Source: Leucoraja ocellata (lineage: Eukaryota). Taken from it: a stretch of DNA of 64,000 nucleotides. Below the pieces are notes generated by a model that had not been told where the DNA came from, did no database searches, and saw only the letters and a program-made list of their open reading frames with translations. Positions within the stretch are counted from its first letter, which is position 1, and each line of letters opens with the position of its first letter. Below, piece by piece: positions 24,851 to 39,239 of the stretch. The position numbers and the translations under genes were made by a program. The stretch spans positions 682,001-746,000 of the forward strand of contig JAWMAR010000305.1 of assembly GCA_036785375.1 (NCBI GenBank). Reading direction: 5' to 3'.

Positions 24851-27094
24851 TATCTGGAGACACAAAGATCTGCTGATACTGGCTTACAAAAAAAGACAAA
24901 GTGCAGGAATAACAGTTTTTCAGACAGCATCTCTGGAGAACATGGATAGGTGACTTTTTGAGTTAGGACCATTCTTCGGACTCTTATGTATCCATTAACT
25001 CCTACTATCCATCCACACTTGGGATAACATAATACTGGGCACCAATTATAATAGCCAACATTGAAACTGCACTTCTTTAGGATGTAGGAGAAAACCAGAT
25101 CACACAGGGGTTGGGGGGTTAGGATCTAACTCAGGTCAGATGAGATCAACACTGACCCCAACAGGCACCAATTATCTATCTTGATTGCTGGTGGACAATT
25201 GGAGGGATGGAAGCATGGAAATAGCTTAGCACAAACCAATTGCACTTACATCTCCCCTTGTTGGATGATAGCTGATTATCATCAAAGCCGATTCTCTTTC
25301 CACAAATGTAATCTCGGCACAAATGACATCCTACAGCACTCATTTCAGTAGGCATCTACAGACAGGCAAAAACTAGATTTGTACTAAACTGCTTCAACAG
25401 TTAATTCCAAACTCGATGGCGAGTGTTACCAAGCTCATTATTCAGGCTATTCTGCAGAATCTTATTATAGAATGCCTCAGAAAAGAAAGCACTCAAGCCT
25501 GTGGAGGAGTAATCCCTTACAAAGATTTGAATCCATGTTCTTAGGCAATGATAATTTTATGTGGCATACATTTTGTTCCTCGAGAACATTGAAAAGTTGA
25601 CGCTCGTAAACCTTTCATGTAGAGAAAGGGGAAATTGTGTGATTTCATACATTTCAAATGCAGCATTAAGGAGATTGCAACACAGTTTCAGATTTTCGGT
25701 GTCTGGACAAACATTGACTGATTTTAGTGAATAGTGTAAGGTGTACTCTGCAAAAGATATAATCCTGCAAATACAGGCAATCAATTCAACACCTTACATA
25801 CAGAGGCTTATACGATAATGGAAAAAAGCAACACATTCAACCATATAATTTCACTGAATCAATTCCTTAGCAGAGTAGACACTGAAATCCATAAATCACC
25901 GACTTCACCAATTGGAGATTGATGCAAATACTCTTTCACGTTCCTTTCAATGAGTAATTAGAAGACTAATTCAGCATTCTATTTTAAATCTCAAGGACTT
26001 TATAGCTTTTTCGTGACTTTGGTCATGCTCAACTTTAAGTAAAAAACTTTGATTGGGATGGCTTCTCCAAACTAAACTGATCTAACATGTACTCAGAAAT
26101 GAAAATTTTAATCTTATAATTATTACCAACAAGGGTCAGTTGGAAAAAAAAATTGGGTTATTTTATCGTCAAAATTAATGATGTTAATAAATGTCCGATC
26201 ATCGGGTTTAATTTTCATTTTAGTCAAATGTCCTGAAATGGAACAATAAAATTCTTACTGCAACGGCACAACAGCAAGTCAAACCTGAGAAAGTAAGCTC
26301 ATGTGGCACAATGCCAATGACCTATAAAGGTCAGATATGGCAGAGGCGTAGTGGAGATCATCTATGGAGAGGAACAAGGTAGACTCAAGGTTGGAAGTCC
26401 ATAAATTGGAAAATTCATAAAATCACTCAATACAGTAATTATACCTTTACTGTATTATAATAAATGGTGTTGATGAGTGCCAATTAACATGAACACGTAT
26501 ATAATGCATTTCCCTCCCTAATTACACTGGCACAAAATCAGTCCCATGCTCAATGGCTAGTTTTGAAGGCCTTTTATCAATAGCCGTTACATTGTTCAAG
26601 AGAGTATCCATAGACACAGATATCAATCAAAGCAATTGTTTGTCAATTTCCAAAGCAAATTTTCTGTTACCAGTTCCAACTTATTGCTAAGTTGATGCAA
26701 CATCCCTTTGATTGGAGATTTTTTTAAACTATCTCTAAGTAGTGATTATTGGTAAATTATTAGAAAATAAAATTGGGGAAAAAGGCTCTGAACTGAATTA
26801 TCGCTAGAAACTGAAAACTTAAAGACGTACTTCCAAAAGTAGAGCAAACTATCTAGTAAACAATGAGATTTCTACATTGTAATAACTATAATATTAGATT
26901 GTGACTGAAATGCAAGTGCAACTATTGTGACTTTACCATTGCCACTTTAACGGTGACTTTAGTAACTGCTCATAAACTTAAACATTATGGGGAGGAAATT
27001 ATTTGTAAATTCATCCATTTACTTACATTCTATTAATAGCACAATAAGACTTAATTTTTTAAGCACAATAAGATTCCGATAATATGGTACTTTC

Positions 27095-27375
27095 AGGGTG
27101 GCACAGTTGCTGCCTTACATCGGCAGAAAACTGAGTTTGATCCTCACTACGGGTGCTGTCTGTACGGAGTTTGTACATTCTCCCTGTAACCACATGGGTT
27201 TTCCCCGGGTGCTCTGGTTTCCTCCCAAATTCCAAAGATGCACAGGTTTGTAGGTTAATTGGCTTCTCTAAATGGTAAATTGTCCCTAGTGTGTAGGATA
27301 GTGCGCGTGATCGGGGTGATCGCTCGTCGGCATGGCCCAAAGGGCCAGTTTCCATGCTGCATCTCTAAAGTCCAA
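27095..27375 (+). mobile_element. tRNA-derived V-SINE (HE1-like)
   Basis: Head GGTGGCACAG, B-box-like GTTTGATCC, V-domain and tail. Confidence 0.85.
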
Positions 27376-27924
27376 ACTTCAGTGGAGCTAAACTAGTCCA
27401 TTTTCTGGACTATTGGATGTTATGCTATAAATATCAACTTTTGATTTCACTGTTTTAAAAAAAATGTTACATGGTAGTATAATAAATCATCAAGTGAACC
27501 TAATCAGTTTAAAAGGAGCAGCGAATGGAGCTCCTGTTTGTATATTTTAGTTTAGCTAAACCAGCCGAAACACACAACCACTGCCGACCCCTGCAAAGAG
27601 CTATACTTGCCGTGTTACTGACCCTTTGTGGCTCCCCCAACCCTGACCCACAATTTGAACCCCCATCACACACCAGATTCCCAGAACTGTCAAGTCATCA
27701 GAAATTCTGAACAATTGGATGTTGGATTATTGAAGTTTTATACGACACTCAACCTCGCTATTTACTCGACATTAAACCAATTAAAAAGCTCTCGATTTTT
27801 TTCTCAAAGACCATTAAGGCGAAGTTAGTCATTGAAAATAATAATTGCAATTTAAAACAGTATTTATTATAAAAGATGGGGAGATATGGGGGAAGAAAAG
27901 AAGTAGTGATGTGGGGAGGAGGGG

Positions 27925-28790
27925 CGGGTGGAGGCTACTTGAAATTCGAGAATTCAATGTTCACACCGTTGGGTTGTAGGCTATCCAAGCGGAATAGGAG
28001 GTGCTGTTCCCCACTTTACATGTGGCCTCACTCTGGCAATGGAGGGGGCCCAGCGCAGAAAGGTCAGTATGGGAATGGGAAGGGGAGTTAAAATGATTAG
28101 AATCCAGGACATCCAGAAGGCCTTGGGGGACCGAGAGTAAGTGTTGAGTGAAACAGTTGCCTGGTCAATAAATAATAGACAATAGGTACAGGATAAGGCC
28201 ATTTGGCCCTTCGAGCCAGCACCGCCATTCACTGTGATCATGGCTGATCATCCACAATCAGTACCCAGTTCCTGCCTTCTCCCCATATCCCTTGATACCA
28301 CTATCTTTAAGAGCTCTATCTAACTCTCTCTTGAAAGCATCCAGGGAATTGGCCTTCACTGCCTTATGAGGAAGAGAATTCCAGATTCACAACTCTGGAT
28401 GAAAAAGTTCCTCGTCTCCATTCTAAATGGCCTACCCCTTATTCTTAAACTGTGGACTCCCCCAACATTGGGAACATGTTTCCTGCCTCTAGCGTGTCTA
28501 ATCCCTTAATAATCTTATATGTATCTATATGAACCCCTCTCATCTTCCTAAATTTCAGTGTACACAAGCCCAGTTGCTCCATTCTCTCAACATTCCGCCA
28601 TCCTGGGAATTAACTTTGTGAACTACGCTGCACTTCCTCAATAGCAAGAATGTCCTTCCTCAAATTTGGAGACCAAAACTGCACACAATACTCTATAAGT
28701 GTGGTCTCACCAGGGCCCTGTACAACTGCAGAAGGACCTCTTCTAGGTCTCGCCAATGTACAGGAGGCCACATCGGGAACACCGGAAGTG
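27925..28790 (-). mobile_element. Penelope endonuclease fragment interrupted by a CR1 3' portion (about 28175-28740)
   Basis: 27925-28170 is homologous to 6518-6740. CR1 sequence with a tail follows, and a YIG-like remnant resumes at about 28745 (reverse complement tacattggcgagacc). Confidence 0.8.
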
Positions 28791-29707
28791 GAAGTTTATC
28801 TTATAACTACAGTTATAAGTTTCCAAGCAATTTGCCTTTCCCTAGTTTTCTCAGTAAAAAACAGAAAACTAAAAATCAACGATATTCAAAGCACTTGAAT
28901 TATCTTCAGAAAAAAAATATTCCTCAATGCTCTAGTGAAATGAGACATGAATATGCACAAGATCTCATTTTCTCTAATGATCACAGACATGGCTAAGATC
29001 AGCAAAAAACAAAATAGATTGGAATGACTCAAGCTCTCTTTCTGCTATGCAGTGTATTCTACGAGTTATTAATAGTAGTAGGGCACCACAAATCAATGCA
29101 ATCAATAGTCAAAAGCTGTTCCTTGCACTGGAAGATTTTAGACTTACTGAAGTATTTTATTAATACACTATTTTAATGAAGTAATTAACCTTACAAGAGC
29201 GACTGGTGTTAGGAAAAAAAGTGGTGTACTTAATGTCTCTTTAACTGAAATTTTGAATAAAGTCGTGCAACTAATCCTGAAAAAGGTCAAGATTATTGAG
29301 ATAGCATCAGCAAATAAGTTTGCTAAGCCAATCTCAAGCACATATTTTAGTATATGTATTCTGCTTGAAAATGTTTAGAGAAATCAAAATCCATTTGCTT
29401 ACAACATTAGAATTTGTCATACATCTTGGGATGTAACTATAAAGGTGTTTTAAAATTATATAATTCAAGAGGTTACACAAACCAACACAGAACCTAATGT
29501 TTAAAAAATAGATGACAAAGCAGCACAGTTTAAAATGTGAAAAACAAATCATTGCAAGTCCAATTTGCTTATGTGATTTCATTATGGCCAACAGTGACAT
29601 GATAAAATCCTCACTTCCAAAGGTGGCAATAAAATGGCCTTTTATCATTTGATATCTTGTCCATACCATACAATATATACCAGGTCTTTGACAAAAGGTG
29701 GTAAATA

Positions 29708-29785
29708 CAGATGCTCCCGGATTTATGCAGGGATCACGTCCTGCGGATTTTTGTGTACATTGGAAAAGGATGCGTAAATTTACTG
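29708..29785 (+). mobile_element. Possible pogo/Tigger-type TIR fragment
   Basis: TA|CAGATGCTCCCGGATTTATG resembles recalled Tigger5/MER47-type termini. No partner TIR was found. Confidence 0.35.
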
Positions 29786-30515
29786 CTCAGTGAAGTGACC
29801 ACGAAGGAGCTCCGACAAGGAGACCACACGGGAGCTCGATGTGGAGACCACCAAGACATCAGCCGCAGGCCTCACTGGACTGATCAGCTATTCACATATT
29901 TGTGGTTTCTTGGAGAACTTCGATGAGAACCACCACTTGGATGGATTCATGAAATAACTAATGTGGATGTGCAATGCCTTGGTTAGTGTTCCTTGCTGAA
30001 TTCAAGATACGATGAGGAGCATGGAGGAATTCACCTTCAGGTTCTCACAGAATGGCCTTCTGATTGATTGAAAGATACAGCATGGAAACAGGCCCTTCGG
30101 TCCACCGAGTCCACACCATCCATCAATCACCCGTTAAACAACATTATTCTATTAATGTTTACTCACAATAAATAAAAAATACTAACTTATTTTCATGTGG
30201 CACACATCACAACCACCTCACTTCTGACGAGCAATTGAGAATCAGCAAACTGTTTCCTGAGATTGAAGGCAAGTCAGCCTGCCCCCCACTCTGTACTTTC
30301 TCAGTCTGTTGCTCTGGTGCACAGATGGATAGATGCCTGGGAGCAAGTAATTTGCTCTGCTTGTCAGGGTGATGCATAACAGCATGCCTCTGGAAGGGGA
30401 TGTTATTGTCACCATGTCAAAGACTGGTTGAAAAATACACTCTGGTCATGGACACAAAGAACATTATATGTGATTTCATTCAGAGTTACTTCAGCACAGA
30501 AACATGGGCAATATA

Positions 30516-32124
30516 CAGTGCCCTCCATAATGTTTAGGACAAAGACCCATCATTTATTATTCTAAATCACATGGTTACAGTGCACATTATCAGATTTTAA
30601 TAAAGGCCATTTTTATACATTTTGTATTGACCATGTAGAAATTACAGCTGTATTTATACATAGCCCCCCCCCCATTTCAAGACACCATAATATTTGGGAT
30701 ACAGCAATGCCATGTAAATGAAAGTAGTCATGTTTAGTGTTTTGTTGCATATCCTTTGCATGCAATGACTGCTTGAAGTCTGTGATTCATGAACATCACC
30801 AGTTGCTTGGTGTCTTCTCTGGTGATGCTCTGCCAGGCCTGTATTGCAGCCATCTTTAGCTTATGCTTGTTTGGGGGGCTAGTCCCTTCAATTTTATCTT
30901 CAGCATATTAAAGCCATGCTCAATAGGGTTCTAATCGGGTAATTTACTTGGCCACTCAAGAATTGACCATTTTCTAGCTTTGAAAACTCCTTTATTGCTT
31001 TAGCAGTACGTTTAGGATCATTGTCTCTCTGTAGAATGAACCACCGGCCAATGAGTTTTGAGGCATTTGGTTGAACTTGAGGAGACAGGATGTGTCTATA
31101 CACTTCAGAATTCATTATGCTACTACCATCAGCAGTTGTATCATCAAAGTAGATAAGTGAGCCAGTACCTTCAGCAGCCATACATGCCCAGGCCATAACA
31201 TCCCCACCACTGTGTTTCACAGATGATGTGGTATGCTTTGGATCTTGGGCAGTTCCTTCTCTCCTCCATACTTTGCTCTTGCCATCACTCTGATATGTTA
31301 ATCTTCGTCTCATCTGTCTACAAGATCTTTTTCCAGAACTGTGGTTGCTCTTTTAGGTACTTCTTGGCAAACTGTAACCTGGCTATCCTATTTTTGCAGC
31401 TAACCAGTGGTTTGCATCTTGCAGTGTAGCCTCTGTATTTCTGTTCATGAAGTCTTCTGCGGACAGTGGTCATTGACAATCCACACCTGACTCCTGAATA
31501 GTGTTTCTGATCCGTCGGACAGGTATTTGGGTATTTTTCTTTATTATAAAGAAAATTCTTCTGTCATCATTTGTGGAGGTCTTCCTTGGCCTGCCAGTCC
31601 ATTTGCGATTAGTAAGCTCCCCAATGCTCTCTTTCTTCTTAATGATGTTCCAAACAGTTCATTTTGGTAGGCCTAAGGTTTGGCTGATGTCTCTAACAGT
31701 TTTATTCTTGTTTCTTCGTCTCATAATGGCTTCTTAGACTTTCATTGGCACAACTTTGATCCTTATGTTGATAAACAGCAATAAACGTTTCCAAAGGTGA
31801 TGGGAAGACTGGAGGAAAGACTAGATGCTGAGAGCTCTCTTATACCTGCATTAAGGAGGCATTTAAATACCCCTGAGCAATTGCAAACACCTGTGAAGCC
31901 ACGTGTTCCAAACATTATGGTGCCCTGAAATGGGGAGACTTATGCATAAACATTGCTGTAATTTCTACATGGTTAAACCAAAATGTATAAAAATTGCCTT
32001 TAATAAAATCTGACAATGTGCACTTTCACTGCATGTGATTTTTTCTATTACAAATCTCAAATTGTGGAGCAGAAGCAAATAAATAAATGATGGGTCTTTG
32101 TCCCAATCATTATGGAAGGCACCG
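30516..32124 (-). mobile_element. Tc1/mariner transposon (IR/DR type), copy 2, near full length (1609 bp) with a frameshifted transposase
   Basis: TA|CAGTGCCCTCCATAATG...CATTATGGAAGGCACCG|TA with TIRs of about 200 bp. ORF 30900..31313 has SVKHSGG..MAWAC...QRDNDPK. Confidence 0.95.
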
Positions 32125-32784
32125 TAGATCAACGTTGAATACAATGTCCCTTTCTTCAAGAAAATAAGATACTTGCCCTCTCGTAAAGATACATCACCAC
32201 CACTCCTCACCATCAAAAATACTCTCTATTTCGCTGTGTACTTACTTAGCTTCCTCTTTAAGACATCGGCCTCAAATGCTCTATGTGAAAGCAAGATCTA
32301 CACTTTAACCATTTTCTGGATAGCATTATTTCTTCTAAATTATTTCTTGGGTGTACGAGTCTATTCGTGCCAAGTTTTGAACACCTCTGCAATATTTTAA
32401 AAACGGCAACTCTGTTTTCTAGAGAGATCAAAGCCTGGTTAGTCTTATCCAAAAATAAATCCTCACGGTTCTGTACCTTATAATTTCCAAGATCTTCTCC
32501 AGTATCTTGAAAGCTTTTGGTCAGTTTGATGACAATGACATGCACATAGCACTAAGTGCCAGAGGAACTCAGCAGGTCAGATAACATCTGTGGGGAGGGG
32601 ATGGACAGGCAATGTTTTCTTTACAGATACAGCCTGACACACAGAGTTCCTCCACTTTATGTTGTGCTCAAGATTTCATCATCTGCAGATCCTTGTGTCA
32701 ACACATATAAAACACTGTGAATGTGATATAACCCCTAGCCTGTTATTCCTGTCATCAGGCCATTTTTGAACAATGTCAACTTAC

Positions 32785-32899
32785 CCACGTGCTCTGAAAG
32801 GAATACCACAAAAAAAGGAGTAACCAGGTCATTAATTCCTTGAACGTAACCACTCGCTGGGTGTCGAATGGCCCATATGAAGAGAATTCTTTCAAAGAT
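32785..32899 (-). CDS. TBC1D22B: TBC1D22B coding exon (about exon 8, 115 nt): IFERILFIWAIRHPASGYVQGINDLVTPFFVVFLSEHV(E); carries the YxQ glutamine finger
   Basis: Boundaries are ttttgcag|ATC TTT...CAC GTG G|gtaag, inside ORF 32735..32917. It contains the GYVQG TBC catalytic motif. Confidence 0.97.
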
Positions 32900-33039
32900 C
32901 TGCAAAATAAAAAGCACAACATAAACTAGATAAACCTGCAGAACACCATTTCAACTATATGAATAAAATAATTAAAAAAGCACACTTCAATAGTATTAGA
33001 CATTTGTCATATATCGATATAGTTTGAGATTTCAAGTGA

Positions 33040-33920
33040 AACATAGAAACATAGAAAATTGGTGGAGTAGGCCATTCGGCCCTTCAAGCCAGCACCGCCA
33101 TTCAATATGATCATGGCTGATCATCAAAAATCAGTACGCCATTCCTGCTTTTTCCACATATTCCTTGATTCCGTAAGCCCCAAGGGATAAATCTAAATCT
33201 CTCTTGAAAACATCCAGCGAATTGGCCTCCACTACCTTCTGTGACAGAGAATTCAACAGATTCACAACTGGGTGAAAAAGATTTTCCTTATCTCAGTCCT
33301 AAATGTCCTAACCCTTGTTCTTACACTGTGACCCCTGGTTCGGGATTCCCCCAACATCGGGAACATTTTTCCTTCATCTACCCTGTCCAATCCTCTAAAA
33401 ATGTTATGTTTCTATAAGATCCCCTCCCATCCTTCTAAATTCCAGCGAATACAAGCCCAGTCGAACCATTCTTTCATCATATGTCAGTCCCACCATCCCA
33501 GGAATTAACCTGGTGAACTATGCTACACTCCCTCAATGGCAATAATGTCCTTCCTCAAATTAAAGGACAAATTGCACACAATACTCCAGGTGCGGTCTCA
33601 CCAGGGCCTTGTGTAACTGCAGGACTTCCTTGCTCCCAAACTTGAATCCTCTCGCAATGAAGGCCAACATGCCATTAGCTTTCTTCACTGCCTGCTGTAC
33701 CTGCATGCTTACTTTCAGTGACTGATGTACAAGCACACCCAGGTCTTGTTGTATCTCCCCTTCTGACACCATTCAGATAATAATCTGCCTTGCTGTTCTT
33801 GCCACCAAAGTGGATAACCTCACATTTACCCACATTATACTGCATCTGCCATGCTTCCGCCCACTCACCCAACCTATCCAAGTCGTCTTGCAACCTCATA
33901 GCATCCTCCTCGCCCATCTT
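33040..33920 (-). mobile_element. CR1 LINE 3' portion
   Basis: ORFs 33560..33772 and 33675..33941 (LQDDLDRLGEWAEAWQMQYNVGKCEVIHFG) with a (TTTCTATG)n tail. Confidence 0.93.
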
Positions 33921-34494
33921 GTTCATGCTGATCGTTAGCATTCTGGGCTAATCCCCTTTGTCTGCTTTTGCCCCATGTCCCTCTAAACTCTTACCAGCTA
34001 TATAGCCTTTTCCAGAAAAAAATTCTGTACTCTTTTAAAATAACAGAAAATGCCGAAAATAGGCCAGGTAGTAGTGAGGATTTTATGATGTAACAGTTGG
34101 ACATAATGAAATCACATCGGTGAATTGGACTTGCAGTGGTTTGCTTTTCACATTTTACACAGAAATCCAGCTACACGTTGCCGACTTTTCATCAGAATGA
34201 AGAAGTTTTGGACAGGTAACAAATATTAAGTTGCAGTGTGGTGTTCCTGTTCCTATACTGTACTGTTCTGTTTAATAAAGCACCCATTGGTAAAGACAGA
34301 AAATCCAACACAACGACTATCTCCTACATTTTGCTTTTTCACATTTACCCATCAGTTGACTATTGAAATGAAACTCCAAAATGGTAGAGTCAGTGTATTT
34401 CAGCACAATGAATTTTCAGTTTGTTAACTCATGATTATTGCCAAATAATCTCTGTAGCACCAACAATATAATTTGACAACCATGGGCACTCAGG

Positions 34495-34780
34495 GCTGCA
34501 TGGTGGCGCAGTGGTACAGTTGACGCCTTACATCGCCAGAGACCTGGATTCGATCCTGACAACAGGTGCTGTCGGTACAGAGTCTGTACGTTCTCCCTGT
34601 GACCGCATGTTTTTTTTCTGGTTGTTCTGGTTGGAATTCCTCACACTTTCCAAAGATGTGCAGGTTTGTGGGCTAATTGGCTTCTGTAAATTGTCACTAG
34701 TGTGTAAGATAGAACTAGTATACAGGTGATCACTGGTCGGCACAGACTCGGTGGGCCTAAGTGCCTGTTTCTCTAAACTA
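34495..34780 (+). mobile_element. tRNA-derived V-SINE (HE1-like)
   Basis: A-box TGGCGCAGTGG, B-box GATTCGATCC, V-domain and tail. Confidence 0.88.
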
Positions 34781-35094
34781 AACGCCTTTGTTTTTCCTAT
34801 CTTATTGTTCTTTCTATCCGTTTCACCTTCTACACGTACAATTTTACAATATCTAATCCAAATACTTAAATCCAATTCAAAACCTGACAAAATGACTGTA
34901 TGCAACTGTCAGCAGGTTGAATGGCAAACATCATTTCTTCACAACTGACCTTAAAATCTGCACCATTGCTTTAGAAGTTTACTACATAAGGTCAACAGGT
35001 CATGTGAAAACTTAAGTTGCCAGTAGGTACAGCAGGCATACACATCACAGAATTGAAGAAAGTCGCTGCAATGTTTTCTATATGGGAGATGGTT

Positions 35095-35350
35095 TAGTTT
35101 AAAGATACAGCATGGAAACAGGCCCTTCGGCTCAGTCCACGCTGCTCATTGATCACCCATTCACACTAGTTCGATGTTATCCCACGTTCTCACCTCTTCC
35201 TTCACACTTGGGGCTCTTAATCTACAAACCCACTTTGGGATGTGGGAGGAAACAGGAGTACATGCAAACGCCACACAGACAGCACCCAAGGTCAGATCGA
35301 ACCCAGTTCTCTGACGCTGTGAGGCAGCAGTTCTATCTGCTGTGCCACTG
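35095..35350 (-). mobile_element. tRNA-derived V-SINE (HE1-like)
   Basis: B-box GGTTCGATC on the minus strand, plus tail. Confidence 0.8.
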
Positions 35351-36279
35351 TCACTTTCCAGTTACAGTACATTAAAAAAAAATCTGAAATACAAAAATGT
35401 TTTAATGTATTTTGTTCAGTCTGCACAAAGAAGCTGGCTTGCTTTGGCACTCAATCCTCTATCCCCAAAATTCAGTTCCTTCATTACTAGTGCACCAAAT
35501 TGCATTGTTGTCTTCAATTACAACTCACATCTCTGCCAGCAGCAGCCTTATGAAATTACACCTGAAACTTCCCTTCACGTTACACACTATCTGGACTGTG
35601 TTGTCATTCCTTTAATGCTTTTGGGCGCAAGTAATAGAACACAGGTTGCTGTGGCTCTAAAAATGCAGCTCATCTTCATTTTCTCAAGAACAATACATTT
35701 TGCCAATTCAGCTTTAAACACATTCAGTAAATAAATCAAACATAGCAGCATGAACAAGGAAAATATGTTCAGTGTATGATTACTAGTCCTATGATATCAT
35801 CTTGCTTACATTGTGGCATTTAAAACAGCAATCACACAGTTTTTAACGCTTGATCGATAACTTTATGCTGCTTTCCCAACATAATAGGCGTCTATATGGA
35901 TAAAAATTGTATTATTGGTCTTTCAGAGCGATAAGAACGCTCAAGGATTGAAAGTTATGCATTTGCCAAATTCCATTTTTCATCCAAAATCCTGAAGGAA
36001 GCCTAACCAAGGCGTTGAAAATCAATGCCTTCCATGTCAAATATTTATCTCAATTTGTCAGAGGACATTGCACTGAATGTTAGCTTAGTAACATAAAGAC
36101 CCTATTCCAGTGATGTTTAATTGTGGTATGTTTGCATGGCCGATATAATTCATGCATCATTTTCTCGGTAGGAACAACAGGTTTCCATATGTGATAATAT
36201 AATTAGTAACATGTTTATGATCTATTTCCCTTCCACAACAGAATAATGGCACATTCTGCACTTAAAATGTGTTTTCATT

Positions 36280-36580
36280 TAGAGATACAGCATGGAAACT
36301 CTCCCTTCCCCTTCAGCATACCGAGACCAACCATCGATCACCTGCTCACACTAATTCTATGCTATCTCACTTTTGCATCCACTCTGTTCACACTAGGCAC
36401 AATTTACAGAGGTCAATTAATCTACAAACCCGCACATATTTGGGACAAGGGAGAAAGCGGAGTATGCTGAGGAAACCTTCCATGTGGTCACTTAGAGAAT
36501 GTGCAGACTCCACACAGACAGCACTTAAAGGTCAGGATCGAACCCAGGTCTCTGGTGTGGAGGCAGCAGCTCTACCAGCT
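36280..36580 (-). mobile_element. tRNA-derived V-SINE (HE1-like)
   Basis: B-box GGTTCGATCC on the minus strand near 36540, plus V-domain. Confidence 0.8.
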
Positions 36581-37114
36581 GTGGTTGTGGTTGTTTTCAT
36601 TAAGCACACAGAATCATTCAACAAATTATTTCAACTAGAGTTCTTCACACAGTGACTGGCTGTACATCTTTGAGTAGTAATCTCCTCAATCACAGCTGGC
36701 TGATGAGTGATAATAAAAAGCCTGAACTCCGTGAGTGCTGTTAAATAGCTCTAATTAGTTCTAAGCCTTGTAGGAAAAGGCAGAAAATGAGCAATAGTCC
36801 CTGGCATGTGGGATAAGGAACAAGTGCTGGTTCCATTTTATAGGATATGCCTAATTATGCTATTAATACTCATAAATCCCTGGAAGGATGAAACAAAGGC
36901 CAAAAGTGATTATCATCAAATATGCTGCAAGTAATTCAGATCCTGTCAGACATGCGACAATGTGCAAAGGTTGCACCACTTTAAAGCCCAAGAGCTTTGG
37001 TTGTTTAATGGATTTTCCTTAAAGACAAGCCAAGTCAGCAATCAAGAAGTGCAGAAGTTACACAAGTTTGCTCCTGCACATGATCCACTGAACAGCATTT
37101 TTATTTGTCATCCC

Positions 37115-37540
37115 AGTGGCACAGCGGTAGAGTTGCTGCCTTACGGTGCCAGAGACCCGGGTTTGGTTATGAATATGGGTGCTGTCTGTATGGAGTTTGC
37201 GCACTCTCCCTGTGATCGCATGGGTTTTCTCCAGGTGCTCCAGTTTCCTCCAACATTCCAAAGACGCACAGGCTTGTAAGTTAATTGGCTTTTGTAAATT
37301 GTCCCTAGTGTGCAGAATAGAAATAGTGTATGGATGATCATTGGTCAACATGGACTCAGTGGGCCAAAGGGCCTGCTTCCACACCCTATCCCTAAACTAA
37401 CATGGTACATGGATAGGAAAGGTTTCGAGGGATATGGGTCAAACATGGGCAGGTGGGATTTGTGTAGATGGGACTTCTTGGTTGGCATGTGCATGTTGGG
37501 CCAAAGGGGCTGTTTCCGTGCTGTATGACTCTATGACTCT
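37115..37540 (+). mobile_element. V-SINE followed directly by a CR1 3' UTR fragment
   Basis: A-box TGGCACAGCGG and V-domain, then a second CR1 tail ending (ATGACTCT)n. Confidence 0.85.
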
Positions 37541-38754
37541 TGCATAACACCATGAAAAACAAATGCTAAAAAAAAATAGATTTTTAAGTGTAGTTTAGTT
37601 TTATAATTTTAACCCTGAACCTCGATAAGTTAAGATTTTCATTAAAATAGCATGTAGTTAATTTAGATTAATTAGTATTCTGGTATCCAATGATATCTTC
37701 AGGCAAACTAACAAAATGCTTCCAAAATCCAAATTGTATTTCCCAATTTGCTAATGGTGTAAGTTTAATGATTTAAAAAATCTGAATGTTGAAGTAAACA
37801 GTGGCTCCAATATGGAAACACGAGGATCTGCAGATGCTGAAATCTTACGTACAGATGCTGAGATCAGTGTTGGAGGAACTCTGCAGGTCATGCAGCAACT
37901 GTGGAAGCAAAGGATCGGCAACATTTTGGATTGTGATTCATTTTGGATTGTGATTCATCTATAACTAGAACATTGCTTGCCTCCATTATCCGAGTCATAA
38001 ACTAGGGAAGTGGGCCCGGGATTGGCTATTGGAATTTAACAGTGTTCAGTGTGGTGACGCCACTGGTGAGGGACGGTGTTCAATCCAAGGTGGGTAGTGT
38101 GCAAGCTTAGCACTGAGTTTCATGGTCAAACCCTAGTAATACATTGAGTGCATGACATTGCTGGGGATCTGCAGCACCTGACAGGCAGTAGCCAGGGGTT
38201 CCGACCCAAAACCTCACCTACTCGTTTTCTCCAGAGATGGTGCCTGACCCTCTGAATTACTCCAGCATTTTGTGTCCATCTTCAGTACAAACCGGTATCT
38301 GCAGTTCCTTCCTACACAGACACTCGCTCCCAGGTTTTCAACCACCAAGAAGTCTCGGAGCTGGCGAGATCTGCAGAGCCTAACAAAGAGGTCCCATCAC
38401 ATCCAACAGGAGGTGAGAAGACAATTGTAAGATCATCGCTTGCATCTGTCAGTGGGACCTTGCAACATGAACCAAGTAGTTGTAGACACATTGTTATGTA
38501 CTGTGTGCTGTACAGTCTTGCCAATAACAGCAGGCAATGCCAAAGGAAGAGGTACTCCAGAGCCCTAGAACTATCAGCAGAGCCTGCCAAACAGCAGGAG
38601 CAGGAGGATGTGGCTATGCAGCAGATGTCCAGGTCAACACCACAGCTTCACATTTGAGTGGAAGGCAGCTGTATTGGCACTCATTAGAATGAAACACTCC
38701 TGAACAAAGAAACATATCTCTTATCGAACTTGCAAAAATATAATCTCCAATTCT

Positions 38755-38995
38755 GCACTGATCCCGAGTTGAGGTGCTGTCTGTGTGGTCTGCGTCCTTG
38801 TCGATTTCCTCCCGGTGCTTCAGTCTCCTCCCACATCCCAGAGATGCACAGATTTGTAGGTTAATCGGCCTCTGTAAATTGCCAATTTTGTGTGTAGGGG
38901 GTGGATGTAAAAGTGGAATAACACAGAACGGGTCATCGATTTTCAGCATGGACTCAGTGGGCCGAAGGGCCTGTTTCCAGCTGTATTTTTCCATT
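38755..38995 (+). mobile_element. V-SINE, 5'-degenerate
   Basis: V-domain and a gggccgaagggcctgtttcc tail. Confidence 0.8.
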
Positions 38996-39239
38996 CAATT
39001 AAAACCGCGTGACCCTATCATATACTGATCATTATCAACATCAAAGTGAAACAATAATCAGACAAAGGCATTCACGTGACATAAACATTTTCTTCTTTGG
39101 ACTTGGGTACTGATTATTACACATCAGTGAATGAAACTCCAATGCAATTATTGGAATAGCCTGCTACACCAAGTGTCCATGCTTTACCAGAGGAAGTGGC
39201 TACGGCAGGCACAATAACACTTGGACAGGTACATATAGT

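Noticed and set aside
37922-37958. Short tandem duplications (CATTTTGGATTGTGATT x2; also ATTTTAAATACCTCCA x2 near 15609)
   Set aside because: These are ordinary local slippage or repair duplications with no further structure.
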